A stretch of DNA of 64,000 bases from Chrysomallon squamiferum. Taxonomy: Eukaryota > Animalia > Mollusca. A program made the position numbers and the translations under genes. This document shows positions 14,446 through 64,000 of this stretch, piece after piece. The DNA lies in the NCBI GenBank assembly GCA_012295275.1, contig CM022667.1, positions 5,084,001 to 5,148,000 on the forward strand. The letters are read 5' to 3'. The notes under the pieces are model-generated. The model saw only the letters and a program-made list of their open reading frames with translations, did no database searches and was not told the DNA's origin. Position 1 is the stretch's first letter, and each line of letters starts with the position of its first letter.

Positions 14446-15169
14446 GTTTGTGTCTGAGCGCATATGGATACGTATGTACGACTCTGTGTATGTGTGTGTA
14501 TATGTATATGTATCTGGGTGTGTTTATAACTGTATCCATCCGTCTATCTATCTATTATTAATTTACAAAACAAAAAACAACACAAACTGAATACTGTTTT
14601 AGGTATCAGATTTATTCTGCTACGGTCGAAACTCGAATATGAATTCATATCTTCAAACAGTGACAAATTATATTACTGTAAAACGAAAAGTATAAGTAAA
14701 ATAAAAAATAAAATAAAAATAAAAATAAAAAATAAAAATAAAATTACTGTAAAAAAAAAAATAAAAAAAAATAACCAATAAAATAAAACCAATAATATGA
14801 AAATATATATATATATAAAAAAAAAAAAAAAATTAAAAAAAATGAATCTATCAGTTTATCTAGTTGGAACGGAAAAATATGTTTTTATTTGCTAACATAA
14901 TTGTATCGAGCTAACACAATTGAACTAATCGTATATGGTGAGCACTTGTGAATACTGCAGAATGAGCCAAAGTTTGTTTAAGGAGAAATATTTACCTGAT
15001 CTGGCTGGCGAAACAGTATAGCACAAGTAAAAGTAAACTGACCGATAGAAATTATACGGCAATTTCCAAAGAGAATGACAAGCTATTTTGTTAAATCAAT
15101 TAATGTGATGGGCTAATGTAAGTGCTCTGTACTCTGTAGGTGATGTTGCCTGTTTTGTAACAAAATTCT

Positions 15170-15585
15170 GATAGCAGCAGCTTTGAAAAACGAGCATACT
15201 GTAGACTGCAGCTTTTTAAAAAATTCGTACATTCTGTGTAGAGTAGCGTTTTTAGAAATTCGTTCGTATTGTGTGGAGCAGCGCTTTTAAAAATTAGTTA
15301 CTACTGCGCGGAGCAGCGCTTTTAAAATTTCGTTCGTATTGTGTGGAGCAGCGCTTTAAAATTTCGTTTTAAAAGCGCTTTTCATTCGGTCGTATTGTGT
15401 GGAGCAGCGCTTTAAAATTTCGTTCGTATTGTGTGGAGCAGCGCTTTTAAAAATTCGGTCGTATTGTGTGGAGCAGCGCTTTAAAATTTCGTTCGTATTG
15501 TGTGGAGCAGCGCTTTAAAATTTCGTTCGTATTGTGTGGAGCAGCGGTTTTAAAAATTCGTTCGTATTGTGTGGAGCAACATTTT
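15170..15585 (+). repeat. ~34-bp tandem repeat (GTATTGTGTGGAGCAGCGCTTTAAAATTTCGTTC) upstream of receptor copy 1
   Basis: About 10 degenerate units ending ~110 bp before the ATG at 15699. Confidence 0.85.
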
Positions 15586-15698
15586 AATTTTATTTTATTT
15601 CGTTTTTATTTTATTTTATTTTATTATATGGAACAGCGTTCTTGAAAAGTGGCACGTTTGTAGTTTCACACTGATCAAAGTGAGGGGTGAAAATTACT

Positions 15699-18565
<2,867 letters not shown>

Positions 18566-18826
18566 CAGATCACTCGAGTTAGAGGTGACATGAACGAGTC
18601 AGTGTACAGCAGATATAAAGTGTTTTATTAAAAGAATGAAGTATGTTAAGAATTCTTGTCATTTTCATTCACTGTGTTTAGTACCCGCAGAAGAAAACAT
18701 AATTTTATAACCTTTTACCTGCTGCATAAATGAGAATTTAAAAAAAGAAAGAGTAATAAAAATACAATGATGGTAATGATGATGATGATGTTGATGATGA
18801 TAATGATTATGATGATGATGATGATG

Positions 18827-18876
<50 letters not shown>

Positions 18877-19100
18877 TAATAATGATAATTGTAACTGTGT
18901 ATTCAGAGGAAACTTCTGCCTGGGACAGTTGAGTTTTACTGGAAATCTCGCACTGTGACCAGAGTTTACTGAAAGTTGTCACTGAATGTTTCTTTAGGAA
19001 AACCGTTTTAGCTAGTCGTTTGTATCAAACGACTGGGTGATGGCGTCGGGTTTCCTGTCTGTTAATCATCCCTATAGAAAATAAACAACAACAAAACTAT

Positions 19101-19818
19101 GGGTTATTCGATGTCATTTAAGAAAAAAAAAAAAAAAAAAAAAAAAAAAGAGACGAAGAAGAAGAAAAGAAAACCTAAATATTTAACCTCATTACCTGCG
19201 ATGAAATTTAGCATATCTAAATGAAATCTCAAATATTAATTCAGTTGTAGCTGAAATTTTGGCAACTTGACATATTTCTTATAAAATGCTTTAGAAGCCT
19301 TTTTCAACCTCGTGCGCTTGTGTATTGAAGTACTGGAAGTGTAAAACGGGCGTGTTAAGGTGACCTATGTCCACTCTGAGTGTATTTTACTACTAAATAA
19401 AAAAAAATACGCGTGTGATCTTTTTTGTTTTGACTTGACGTTATTTCAAGGTCATGTGGAGAAAAAGATTCAATTCATGATCAAACTAAAGGTCAAAAGG
19501 TTACCACAGTTTAGCTTGACCCCCTATCAATGAAATAACAAAATATTTGGAATCCTTATCAGTTTAGCTTACCAATGATTCCAGTATCATTAAAATCCAC
19601 CCACTGGTTACCCAGGATATCAGGGTCCAAAAAAGTGGTGGCCACGCCCATTTTGTTTGTTAAAAAAGGTAAAACACGCGGGCTCATATCTCCGAAACTA
19701 TTGCTACAAACTGAACTGATATTTGAGATTCTGGCCAGTAATGTCAAGTCGAAACTACATCTCAGAAAAATCTAAGAATGTGAAGTTAAACCCATTGTGT
19801 GATGACATGGAATGACCC
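19101..19818. mobile_element. Probable non-autonomous DNA transposon (MITE-like) with imperfect ~17-bp terminal inverted repeats
   Basis: Left end GGGTTATTCGATGTCAT (19101-19117) versus right end ATGACATGGAATGACCC (19802-19818). Internal AAGGTCA/TGACC motifs. No transposase ORF. Confidence 0.55.
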
Positions 19819-20258
19819 CCCCCCATAACATCTATTTTGTAAGCTTTAGTATTAAAATATGTTGAAGAGAAACGTTCGTTTGTTCATGCATCTCGATCCA
19901 AGGTTTATGATGGAATATTTTGAGAAATAAAAATAAAAATTGAATTAGATATGAGAATTAGGTTTCCTTCCGTTTCTTTCTCTGTTTAGTTTTCTTATAA
20001 ATGATGGTTGATACTGAATGTGTTGAAATGATAAAAAATATACTGAATGCAATGATATGATGACTGTAATGATGAATGATGATTTTAAATTATACTGAAT
20101 GCAATGATATGATGACTGTAATGATGAATGACGATCTTAACGAGAAACCGAAAACAAATCTGAACCTGTCAGTTTTTGTTATTTATTTTCATCGCCTGAC
20201 TTATTCTAGACATTTGCTTAGTCCGCTTCATTTCACATCAGAGAGATCGTCATAGACA

Positions 20259-20330
<72 letters not shown>

Positions 20331-20692
20331 GAAGAAGAAAAACGGTTTCTATTTTGCAGCGTAAAACACTTACATGTATGTCGATATAATTAGTCTGGAA
20401 TAAGAACACGGGTGAAAACATGACTCATGAAATCATGTCAAAAACAACAACAGCAACGGCAACTATTGACTAACAACAAACAGTTGACATAATTCCACAG
20501 CATTGTGAAACAATTCAGCGACTGTTTGCACACAGAAAATGAGTACAACAGTATTAAACTTTTGGGAATGAAACATGTTTACTGAAATAAGCTTTAATAG
20601 TCAGCTACTTTCAATGAAGAAAGAAAAATAATCGTTAGGAGATCACTGAAGCATTACTAATATTTTTAATCACGACCAAAACGTGTGTGTTT

Positions 20693-20725
<33 letters not shown>

Positions 20726-21329
20726 GTATATATATATATGTGTGTGTTTGTGTATATATATATATATATATTGATATATATATAGAGAGAGACACAAACA
20801 CACACGCACATATATATATATATATGTAGAAAGATAGATAACAGAAAAATAAGAAAGGTTATAAAAAATATTTTTATCTAAACAAAACCAAACGAAGTAA
20901 ATATAAAAAAGTTTAAAATATTAATATTACAGAAACATATTTAGCTAACAGTTTATTTCAGGTTTTTAAATACAATACATTTTTTTTTATATTTGCTGAT
21001 GGAAAATTCTGGCGTTATGATTAATACAATGATACTAAAAGGTCTGGAAACCATGTTTGAACCGCACTTGTGAATTCTGTGTGATGAAACTCAGGAACAA
21101 AAGGATCGGCATGAATCAAGATTTACTTCAACAATATTTACTTTAACTGCCTGGGGAAAATATTACTCAAACATAAAATAAATTGATCGTTAGGAATTTT
21201 CCAGCAATTTGCAAAAAGAATGAAAAGCTATTTTATTACATCTATTTTATTAGATCGTGTGATGTGCTAATGTCAGAGCTTTGTAGGTGATGCTGTCTGA
21301 TTTATAAGAAAATTCTGAAAATCGCACGT

Positions 21330-21565
21330 ATATGTGGAGCAGAGTTGTTAATAGTCAGTACGTATCAGGAGGAGCAGAGCTTTTGACTTCATTTACATAC
21401 TGTGTGGAGCAGAGCTTTTAACTCCATTTACGTACTGTGTGGAGCAGAGCTTTTAACTCCATTTACGTACTGTGTGGAGCAGAGCTTTGAACTTCATTTA
21501 CGTACTGTGTGGAGAAGAGATTTTGAAAACGTTTTCGTATTAGTAGGACGAGCATTTTTAAAAAC
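21330..21565 (+). repeat. 35-bp tandem repeat (TGTGTGGAGCAGAGCTTTTAACTCCATTTACGTAC) upstream of receptor copy 2
   Basis: About 6 units directly before exon 1. Confidence 0.88.
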
Positions 21566-21643
21566 TATTTCTTGTTGAGTCTGCGGAGGTTTTGAAAATT
21601 CGTCAATGTGTATGGATCTACGAAAGTGAGGGAAAGAATTATA

Positions 21644-24333
<2,690 letters not shown>

Positions 24334-25247
24334 CAGATCACTCGAGTTAGAGGTGACCTGAACGAGTCAGTGTACAGCAGACAGAAGTAGGTTTATTAAA
24401 AGAATGACGAATCTCATGATTTGTTATTTTTATTTTAGTTTGTCAAGATTACGACCAATAAAAGAAAGACTACTTACCATATTGGAGAAAATAGAAATTT
24501 TAAAATGTTTCCCTTTTGCATAAATTAGAACTGAACAATGGCGATGCAGTGATAACAAGAACGACAAAACTGCAACAAAACCAGATAATGATTGTGATGA
24601 TGATGATAAACTAACAACAACAGTAACAAAATTAGCAAAAAATTAACAACTATCGCAACAACGACGACGACAGCAAAAATAGGAACAACAACAATAATAA
24701 CATCAATAATATGCATCATATGTATAATAATAAAAAGCTATCATATAAAACGTATTGTTTTATAATTGATGTAAGATGGGAAGTTCAGCGATGGTTTCAC
24801 TAATGAAATCGAGTTAACTACATCAGTTGCAACGGCAACCACCGATCTTCAGAAGCTGCTTTCGTGATTATTTCAGTGTTTGATGAAAACCATTAACAGA
24901 CTGTTTGTAGAGAGAAACAAATTATTAGAGTATTGATTTGACTTGATGTGACTCATTCTTGTTAGGTTCAACGAAATTACTTCATAATGGACACAAAGAG
25001 AAAAAAGAAACAAACAGTGGCACACACAGAGACACACATACACACACACACTCACACACTCACAGAATCACAGACACTGATAAGAAGAAAATAGTGAATA
25101 CATGTAATGATTGTGGTTTCAGTTAGACTGAAAATATATTTAGTTAAATTAATGTTTGTTTAATTAATTAAAAAATGTTTTATTTCATTTTATTATTTTT
25201 TTTCTTGTGCTACTATCACGTGTAGAACCACGGTCCTGTGTGTGTGT

Positions 25248-37908
<12,661 letters not shown>

Positions 37909-38482
37909 AGTGGAAGTCTGAAATTTAAAATTATAGTTAAACAGTTAATTCTATCTTAAATAAACCTTCCAAGAAGTGTGGCTCCTTTGACTTTCCTCAT
38001 AATGATAACAGTTTTGTAGTTAATACTAGGTTTCTGTCTGTCTGTCTGTTTATCGTTCCATCTAAACATGCCTCTCTACCTGCATGTCTGTATGTCTGTC
38101 TATCTAATTAGCTATCCATCAATCTCTATGTCTGTCATTTTATCTATGCATGTCCTTCTATGTCTGTAATTAATAACTGTGTGTATTACATCTGTGTGTG
38201 CGCTCGTCTGTCCGTATGTTTATAGACACAGACTAATGAAAACACCAAATAAAACTCAATTCCAATTAATATGTGCTGGACATCAACAGTCTTCATTAAA
38301 CAAAACGTAAATATAAAATATAATGTACATTATCACAGCTAATAATAATTTTAAAGTTGCATCACAACTTAGAGAAAAAAGTAATAAAGGAAATTTAGGT
38401 TAAATATATAAAAATAAGCTATGCACTGAGTCAAGACGACATTTCAATACATAATAACAATTGAAATACTATTAGTACGTAC

Positions 38483-38530
38483 CTCTCTGTTTGCCTTACT
38501 GGAATATGTGTTCTGTGTTTATGGTTTATA
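38483..38530 (-). promoter_or_regulatory. TATA box, Inr-like start and short non-coding first exon of preproprotein copy A
   Basis: Minus-strand TATAAA at 38530-38525, CCAGT Inr-like element with its A at 38500 (30 nt downstream), then AGAG|GTACGT donor at 38482. Confidence 0.65.
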
Positions 38531-38796
38531 AATGTCTGATAAAATGCAGTAGATGGCATTTTCTATGTGCATCCACATATGGTCATTGATAAGAAATCTA
38601 TTTAAAGATCGAGAAAAAAAGAGAAGATTTAATAAAATAAATGCAAATGCAAAAAGATGACGTTTGTGCAATATCTTACTGGAAAAATCGTGTCCGTGAT
38701 TATACAGAACAATAAAATATAAATATTAATTCATCGTTTTTTTGTAAGATATATGAAGAAAATAAATAAGATAATAAATAATAAACCTATTATAAC

Positions 38797-38831
<35 letters not shown>

Positions 38832-39447
38832 AAAGAAAAAAAAAGAAAACAAAAAAAGAGATAAAGATATGTCTGTCTGAAGGAATATCTATCTGTATAA
38901 TTTAATGTATGTATATTGTTATTCTGTATGGTTATTATTGTGTCTGTCTCTATATTATTATGTCTGTCTGTATATTGTTATGTCTGCATGTATAGTGTTA
39001 TATCTGTATGTATAGTGTTATGTGTGTATGTGCATTGTCTTGTGTATGTATTTGGTGTATGTACTGTTATGTCTGTACATTGTTATGTCTGTATGTATTT
39101 TATGTCTGCACGTACGGTTTTATATCTGTATGTATATTTGTGTCTTTATCTACATTGCTATGTGTATATATTGTTATGTGTATATATATTAGTATATCTC
39201 TGTATATACTGTCAGTTTGTGTCTACATTTTTCAATCAGTATGGATATTTTTCTGTCTGCAAGTATTATGACTGTATGGATATTTATGTGTCTGGACGTA
39301 TATTGTGATATTTTATGCATATTGTTCGGTGTGTATATACTGGTAATGTCTTTATGTTGCTATGTCTGTACGTAAATTGTTATGTCTCTGTGTATATTAT
39401 TCTGTCTGTTTATACATCTTCTACTTGTAATTATGTTAACATGTCTG

Positions 39448-39690
39448 CATGTACAGTGACTGTATGTACAGTGACTGCATGTACAGTGACTATGTACAGT
39501 GACTATGTACAGTGACTGTATGTTCAGTGACTATGTACAGTGACTGTATGTACAGTGACTATGTACAGTGACTGTATGTTCAGTGACTATGTACAGTGAC
39601 TGTATGTACAGTGACTATGTACAGTGACTGCATGTACAGTGACTGTATGTACAGTGACTATGTACAGTGACTGTATGTACAGTGATTGTA
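39448..39690. repeat. 13/17-bp minisatellite (TGTACAGTGACTA / TGTACAGTGACTGTA)
   Basis: Direct tandem repeats. Confidence 0.9.
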
Positions 39691-40289
39691 TGTATGTTTC
39701 TATATCTAAAAGGTGTGTAGACAACGTAGACAAACCTGAAAATAAAAAATAAAAATTTGGGACTATTTTCCTTTCTGCCAAATTCTCAGCGAAAGGTTAC
39801 CTTGGTTTTAAAACAGTATTTTATTTATTTATTTATTCTTACTCTCTAGTTGATGCAAATAAATATATATTTATATACACAGAAACAAAATATAATATTA
39901 TGATGAAAGCTTGTTTTTCAAATCATCCACGAGTAATTTATTAATCTGATGTTTCATAGTTTATCTTCATTGACAGTAAACAGATAAAATATTCTAAGAA
40001 ATATTTATATTTTATTACTCAAAAGAACCTTTAAGAAGTGATTTTTATACATTGTACATTGCTTTCAAATTAACATTTACTGAATAAACAAGACTGAAGT
40101 AACAAGACCGGCATTTTATATTTAACGAATTCTGATAAAATATTTCGCAGATACAGACATGAAATACTAAAGTAAAATGTCTAATCAACGTTATGACAGA
40201 TTAAAGAAAAAAAAAGAAAGAAAAAAAATTGTGAACTTTTCTCACTTTGCCATATGCTTAAAAAAAAATTCAAAATAAAATTAAAAAAG

Positions 40290-40328
<39 letters not shown>

Positions 40329-41179
40329 AAAAATAAAAAAATAAAATTAAAATAAAACAACTGATTACTGTCTTGGATATAAGATATATTCTGCTCAGGT
40401 CGAAACTCGAATATCATTTCATTTTATAAGTCTATATATTTATATAGACAAACACAGAGACAGATTATATAGATAGAAAGATAGCACAAATATAATAATA
40501 ATAAAAGTGTAATAAATAAATTCAAAAAACAAAAGTAAAACGTATTTAACTTTAAACTGATAGTTTATCTAACTCAGACGGAATGAATATTTTTTATTTG
40601 CTAACAGAAAAGTATCGAGTTCACGCAGTTGAACTAATCATATATGATGTGTACTTTGAAAAACGTCAATACTGTAGACGGCAGCATTTTACTGTTTCGC
40701 ACATACTGAGTGGAACAGCGTTTTTAAAATGTCGTTCGGTTTGATGGTATTCGATACACAGATACTGAATGTAATGATACAATAATGCTAATGATAAATG
40801 ATGACCTTAACGAAATACCGGAAACAGATCTGAATCTGTCAAGGTTTTTGTTACGACTCATGAAATCATGCTAAAACCGAGAACTGTAGGGACACCATTA
40901 ACTACCAACAAACAGTATTATGAAACCATTCAGCGATTGTTTGCACACAGAAAACGAGTACAACAATATTAACAGGTTGGGGAATAAACATACTTTTAGG
41001 TTTATTGAAATAAGCTTTAATGGACAGGGACTTTAATGAAGAAATAAAAATAATCGTTAGGAGATCACTGAAGCATAACTAACATGTTTAATCACGAGCA
41101 AAATGTGTGTGTGTGTGTTTGTGTGTGTTGTGTGTGTTTGAATATGTATATGTATATGTGTGTATATATTATATTTATA

Positions 41180-41264
<85 letters not shown>

Positions 41265-41759
41265 GTAGAAAGATAGATAAAAGAAAAATAAGAAACGCTA
41301 TGAAAAATAAATTAATCTAAACAAAAGGAAACGAAGTAAATATAAAAAAGTCTAAAACATTAATATTACAGAAACATATTTAGCTAACAGTTTATTTCAG
41401 GATTTTAAATAGAGTACATTCTTTTATATTTGCTTATGGAAAATTCTGGCATTGTGATTAATACAATAACATAAAGAGGTCGGGAAACCATGTATGAACC
41501 ACACTTGTGAATTCTGTGTGGTGAAACTCAAGAACAAAAGTATTGGCATGAATCAAGATTTATTTCAACAATATTTACTTCAACTGCCTGGGGAATTGTT
41601 GTTATACAAACAATAAATAAATTGATCGTTAGGAATTTTCCAGCAATTTGCAAAAAGAATGAAAAGCTATTTTATTATATCCGATAATGTGATGTGCTAA
41701 TGTCAGAGCTTTGTAGGCGATGCTGTCTGATTTATAAGAAAATTCTGAAAATCGCACGT

Positions 41760-42270
41760 ATATGTGGAACAGAGTTGTTAATAGTCAGTACGTATCACGA
41801 GGAGCAGGGCTTTTAACTCCATTTACGTACTGTGTGGAGCAGAGCTTTTGACTCCATTTACGTACTGTGTGGAGCAGAGCTTTTGACTTCATTTACGTAC
41901 TGTGTGGAGCAGAGCTTTTGACTCCATTTACGTACTGTGTGGAGCAGACCTTTGAACTTCATTTACGTACTGTGTGGAGCAGAGCTTTTGACTCCATTTA
42001 CGTACTGTGTGGAGCAGAGCTTTTAACTCCATTTACGTACTGTGTGGAGCAGACCTTTGAACTTCATTTACGTACTGTGTGGAGCAGAGCTTTTAACTTC
42101 ATTTACGTACTGTGTGGAGCAGACCTTTGAACTTCATTTACGTACTGTGTGGAGCAGACCTTTGAACTTCATTTACGTACTGTGTGGAGCAGAGCTTTTA
42201 ACTTCATTTACGTACTGTGTGGAGAAGAGATTTTGAAAACGCTTTCGATTTAGTAGGACGAGCATTTTTA
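41760..42270 (+). repeat. 35-bp tandem repeat upstream of receptor copy 3 (expanded, ~13-14 units)
   Basis: Same unit as at 21330-21565. Confidence 0.9.
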
Positions 42271-42353
42271 AGAACTAGTTCGTGTTGAGTCTGCGGAGGT
42301 TTTGAAAATTCGTCAATGTGTCTGGATCTACGAAAGTGAGGGAAAGCATTATA

Positions 42354-46273
<3,920 letters not shown>

Positions 46274-46868
46274 CACATCACTCGAGTTACAGGTGACGTG
46301 AACGAGTCAGAGTACAGCAGACAGAAGTAGGCTTATTAAAAGAATGACGAATCTCATGATTTGTTATTTTTATGTTATTTTTTCAGGATTACGACCAATA
46401 AAAGAAAGACTACTTACCATATTGGAGAAAACAGACATTTTAAAATGTTTCCCTTTTGCATAAATTAGAACTGAACAATGGTGATGCAGTGTTTGATGAA
46501 AACCATTAACCGACTGTTTGTAGAGAGAAACAAATTATTAGAGTATTGATTTGACTTTTGGCGACTCATTCTTGTTAGGTTCAACGAAATTACTTCATAA
46601 TGGACACAAAGAGAAAAAGAAACAAACACTGGCACACACAGAGATACACATACATAGATATACATACATATACACTCACACACTCACAGAATCACAGACA
46701 CTGATAAGAAGAAAATAGTGAATACATGTAATGACGTGGTTTCAGTTAGACTGAAAATATATTTTGTTAAATTAATTTTATATAATTAATTAAAATATTT
46801 TTATTTCATTTTATTTTCTTTTTTCGTGTGCTACTATCACGTGTAGATCCACGGTCCTGTGTGTGTGT

Positions 46869-51345
<4,477 letters not shown>

Positions 51346-52014
51346 AGTGGAAGTCTGAAATTTAAAATTATAGTTAAACAGTTAATTCTATCTTAAATAA
51401 ACCTTCCAAGAACTGTGGCTCTTTTGACTTACCTCATAATGATAACAGTTTTGTAGTTAATACTAGGTTTCTGTCTGTGTGTATGTCTGTTTCTCTGGCA
51501 CTCTGTCTATGTCTGTCTGTATATCTATGTGTCTGTCTGCCTACATGTCTATGTATGTATGTATTCATAAATTCCAATTAATATGTGCTGAAATTTAGCA
51601 GTCTTCATTAAACAAAACGTAAATATAAAATATAATGTACATTATCACAGCTAATAATAATTTCTAAGTTACATTATAACTGAAAAAAAAAAAAATAAAG
51701 GACATTTTGGTTAAATTAATAAGCTATTCACTGAATGAAAACGATATTTCAGTATATAATCCAGTTGAAATACATTTAGCACGTACCTCTCAGTTTGCTT
51801 TATTGGAGTATGTGTTCTGTTTTTATGGTTTAGGAGTGTCTCTGATATCGTGCAATACAGGGCACTGTGTCTGTGTTTTCACATATGGTCACTGATAAGA
51901 AATCTATTTAAAAAAAAAAAAAGTAAATAAATACAAATGCTAAAAAAATGACTTTAGTCCATTATCTTACCGGAAAAAAAGCGTGTTACTGATTATTTAG
52001 AATAGTATAATATA

Positions 52015-52057
<43 letters not shown>

Positions 52058-52559
52058 CTGGTGCATTGTTCCGTTATAAAATATATGAAGAAAATGAATA
52101 AAATTATAAAGAATAAACCTATTATAACCATAAAGATATATGGATTTGTGTTTTTGAAGGAATATATGTCAGACTTTATATATTGTTATGTGCACATATT
52201 GCTATATCTGTACGTTTATTGTTATGTGCATATAGTGTTATGTCTGCATGCATATTGTTATGTTTGTATGTATATTATTATTTCTGTATGTGTATTGTAA
52301 TGTCTGTTTGTATATTATTATATTTGTATGTATATTATATCTGCATGTATAGTATAATGTCTATATTCAAATTGTATATTGTTATATTTGTATGCATATT
52401 ATTATGTGTGTATTTTGCTATGTCTATATCTATATTGTTCTGTGTGTATATTGTTTTGTCTGTATGTACATAGTTCTGTGTGTATGTTAATTATGTCAGT
52501 ATATATTATGTCTATATAAAAATTGCTATGGGTTTTCGTATATTGTTCTGACTGTACAT

Positions 52560-53760
52560 AAATTGTTGTCTGTATGTATACTGCTGTCTGGATGTACATT
52601 GTTGTATGTATGTACATTGCTGTCTATATCTACATTGTTATCTGTATGTATATTGTTGTCTGTATGTATACTGCTGTCTATATGTACATTGTTCTCTGTA
52701 TGTACATTGCTGTCTGTATGTATACTGTTGTCTGTATGTACATTGATATCTGTATGTATATTAATCTCTGTATGTATACTGCTGTCTGTATGTACATTGT
52801 TCTCTGTATGTATACTGCTGTCTGTATGTACATTGTTCTCTGTATGTATACTGCTGTCTGTCTGTACATTGTTCTCTGTATGTAGACTGCTGTCTGTATG
52901 TACATTGTTCTCTGTATGTATACTGCTGTCTGTCTGTACATTGTTCTCTGTATGTATACTGCTGTCTATATGTACACTGTTCTCTGTATATATACTGCTG
53001 TCTGTCTGTACATTGTTCTCTGTATGTATACTGCTGTCTGTATGTACATTGTTCTCTGTATGTATACTGCTGTCTGTATGTACATTGCTGTCTGTATGTA
53101 TACTGCTGTCTGTATGTATACTGCTGTCTGTATGTACATTGTTCTCTGTATGTATACTGCTGTCTGTATGTACATTGTTCTGTGTGTATACTGTTCTCTG
53201 TATGTACATTGTTATCTGTGTGTATACTGCTGTCTGTATGTACATTGATTTCTGTATGTATACTGCTGTCTATATGTACACTGTTCTCTGTATATATACT
53301 GCTGTCTGTATGTACATTGCTGTCTGTATGTATACTGCTGTCTATATGTACATTGTTTTCTGTATGTATACTGCTGTCTATATGTACATTGTTTTCTGTA
53401 TGTATACTGCTGTCTATATGTACATTGTTCTCTGTATGTATACTGCTGTCTATATGTACATTGTTTTCTGTATGTATACTGCTGTCTATTATGTACATTG
53501 TTCTCTGTGTGTATACTGCTGTATGTCTGTAGATTGTTCTCTGTATGTATACTGCTGTCTATATGTACATTGTTCTCTGTGTGTATACTGCTGTCTATAT
53601 GTACATTGTTATCTGTGTGTATACTGTTGTCTGTATGTACATTGCTGTCTATTATGTACATTGTTCTCTGTATGTATACAGCTGTCTGTCTGTACTTTGT
53701 TCTCTGTATGTATACTGCTGTCTGTATGTATACTGCTGTCTCTCTGTACATTATTCTGTC
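52560..53760. repeat. 18-bp minisatellite with 36-bp dimer structure (TGTATGTATACTGCTGTC / TGTATGTACATTGTTCTC)
   Basis: About 1.2 kb of tandem 18-mers. It explains the many overlapping repetitive ORFs here. Confidence 0.92.
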
Positions 53761-54325
53761 TGTAAGTTCATTATTCTGCTTGTATATATGTTGTTATGTC
53801 GGTATGTATATTATGTCTATAGGTTTACTTCTGTGCCTGAATGCATATTATTATACATGTCTATTTTTGTTTGTCTCTACACTATTTTGTCTGTATGTAT
53901 GGTGTTCTCTTTGATTCTGTATATGTTTCTACTGTGTCTCTCTCTGTTTAATACGCATGTATCTCTGTGGCTATCGTAACAAACTACAGAAAAGAAAAGG
54001 TGTGTAGACAAACCTGAAAATATAAAAACAAAAATGTTGGACTATTTTCCTTTCTGCCATAATATAATATTTAATCATTGTACATTGCCTTAAAAGAAAT
54101 AAGAAAGTAAGTGATTTTTATTTAATCATTGTACATTGCTTTCAAATGAACATTTACTGAATAAACAAGACTAAAGCAACAAGAACGGCTATTTTATTTC
54201 AGCATCCTCTAAAAGTACACTTTTAAAATGGGTAATCAATATAATTCCAGATTAAGAGAGAGAGAGAGAGAGAAAAAAGAATTAAAGAATAAGAACACTG
54301 TTTATTGTTGACTCTCTGTTTTCTA

Positions 54326-63642
<9,317 letters not shown>

Positions 63643-64000
63643 CTAATATATAATTATATATATAAAAAAAAAAAAAAAAAAAAAAAAAATTTAAAAACTA
63701 ATTTGTAGGAAACAGTATATGGCTAATGGACTAACAAAACTGAATTTGGTGAAACTTATAATCAAAATGACTGTGGTTTAACCATTCTCAGGAACAAATA
63801 ACAGAAATGAACACACAAATTAATAAAGAAAATAATATTTTTAAAAGATTACAAAATAAATAGTAATATCAAAGAAAACAATGTAAAGCAAAATAAATAA
63901 ATACTTAATTAAGAAAAAAAACAGACAAAAGAACAATAACAACGATGACAAAACTTCAAGCTTTTAGTTATTGCCGCTCATTACCAATATTATCATGGTC

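Noticed and set aside
52526-53979. Long ORFs of up to 400 aa (LLSVCI / HTDSSI repeats) on both strands
   Set aside because: They are translations of an 18-bp minisatellite that is open in several frames at once, with no splice or domain support and no counterpart in the paralogous unit.

Overview
AT-rich, microsatellite-dense, intron-containing eukaryotic DNA, most likely from a mollusc and probably a cephalopod (inferred from composition and gene content). From left to right the window holds: a complete 13-exon TPX2 gene; an intron-containing tRNA-Met(CAT) and an inverted decayed copy; a CUB-like/LDLa single-pass membrane protein gene placed head-to-head with the first of three near-identical atypical nAChR-like (Cys-loop, no vicinal Cys) genes; a segmental duplication whose unit is [Cys-loop receptor -> <- secreted preproprotein gene]; and the 3' part of a multi-Ig-domain type I membrane protein gene. 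The most striking feature is invisible to the ORF track. The roughly 8.3 kb of apparent low-complexity repeat at 29.1-37.3 kb is an array of 14 symmetric phase 1-1 microexons (12-27 nt). They encode a variable Pro/His-rich segment between a signal peptide and a GKR processing site, ahead of two Cys-free helical domains, which resembles Schistosoma micro-exon genes (MEGs). The paralogous copy has only 3 such microexons, a frameshift and a mutated TATA box. All exon coordinates were read by eye from GT/AG boundaries and frame continuity; there is no transcript evidence.
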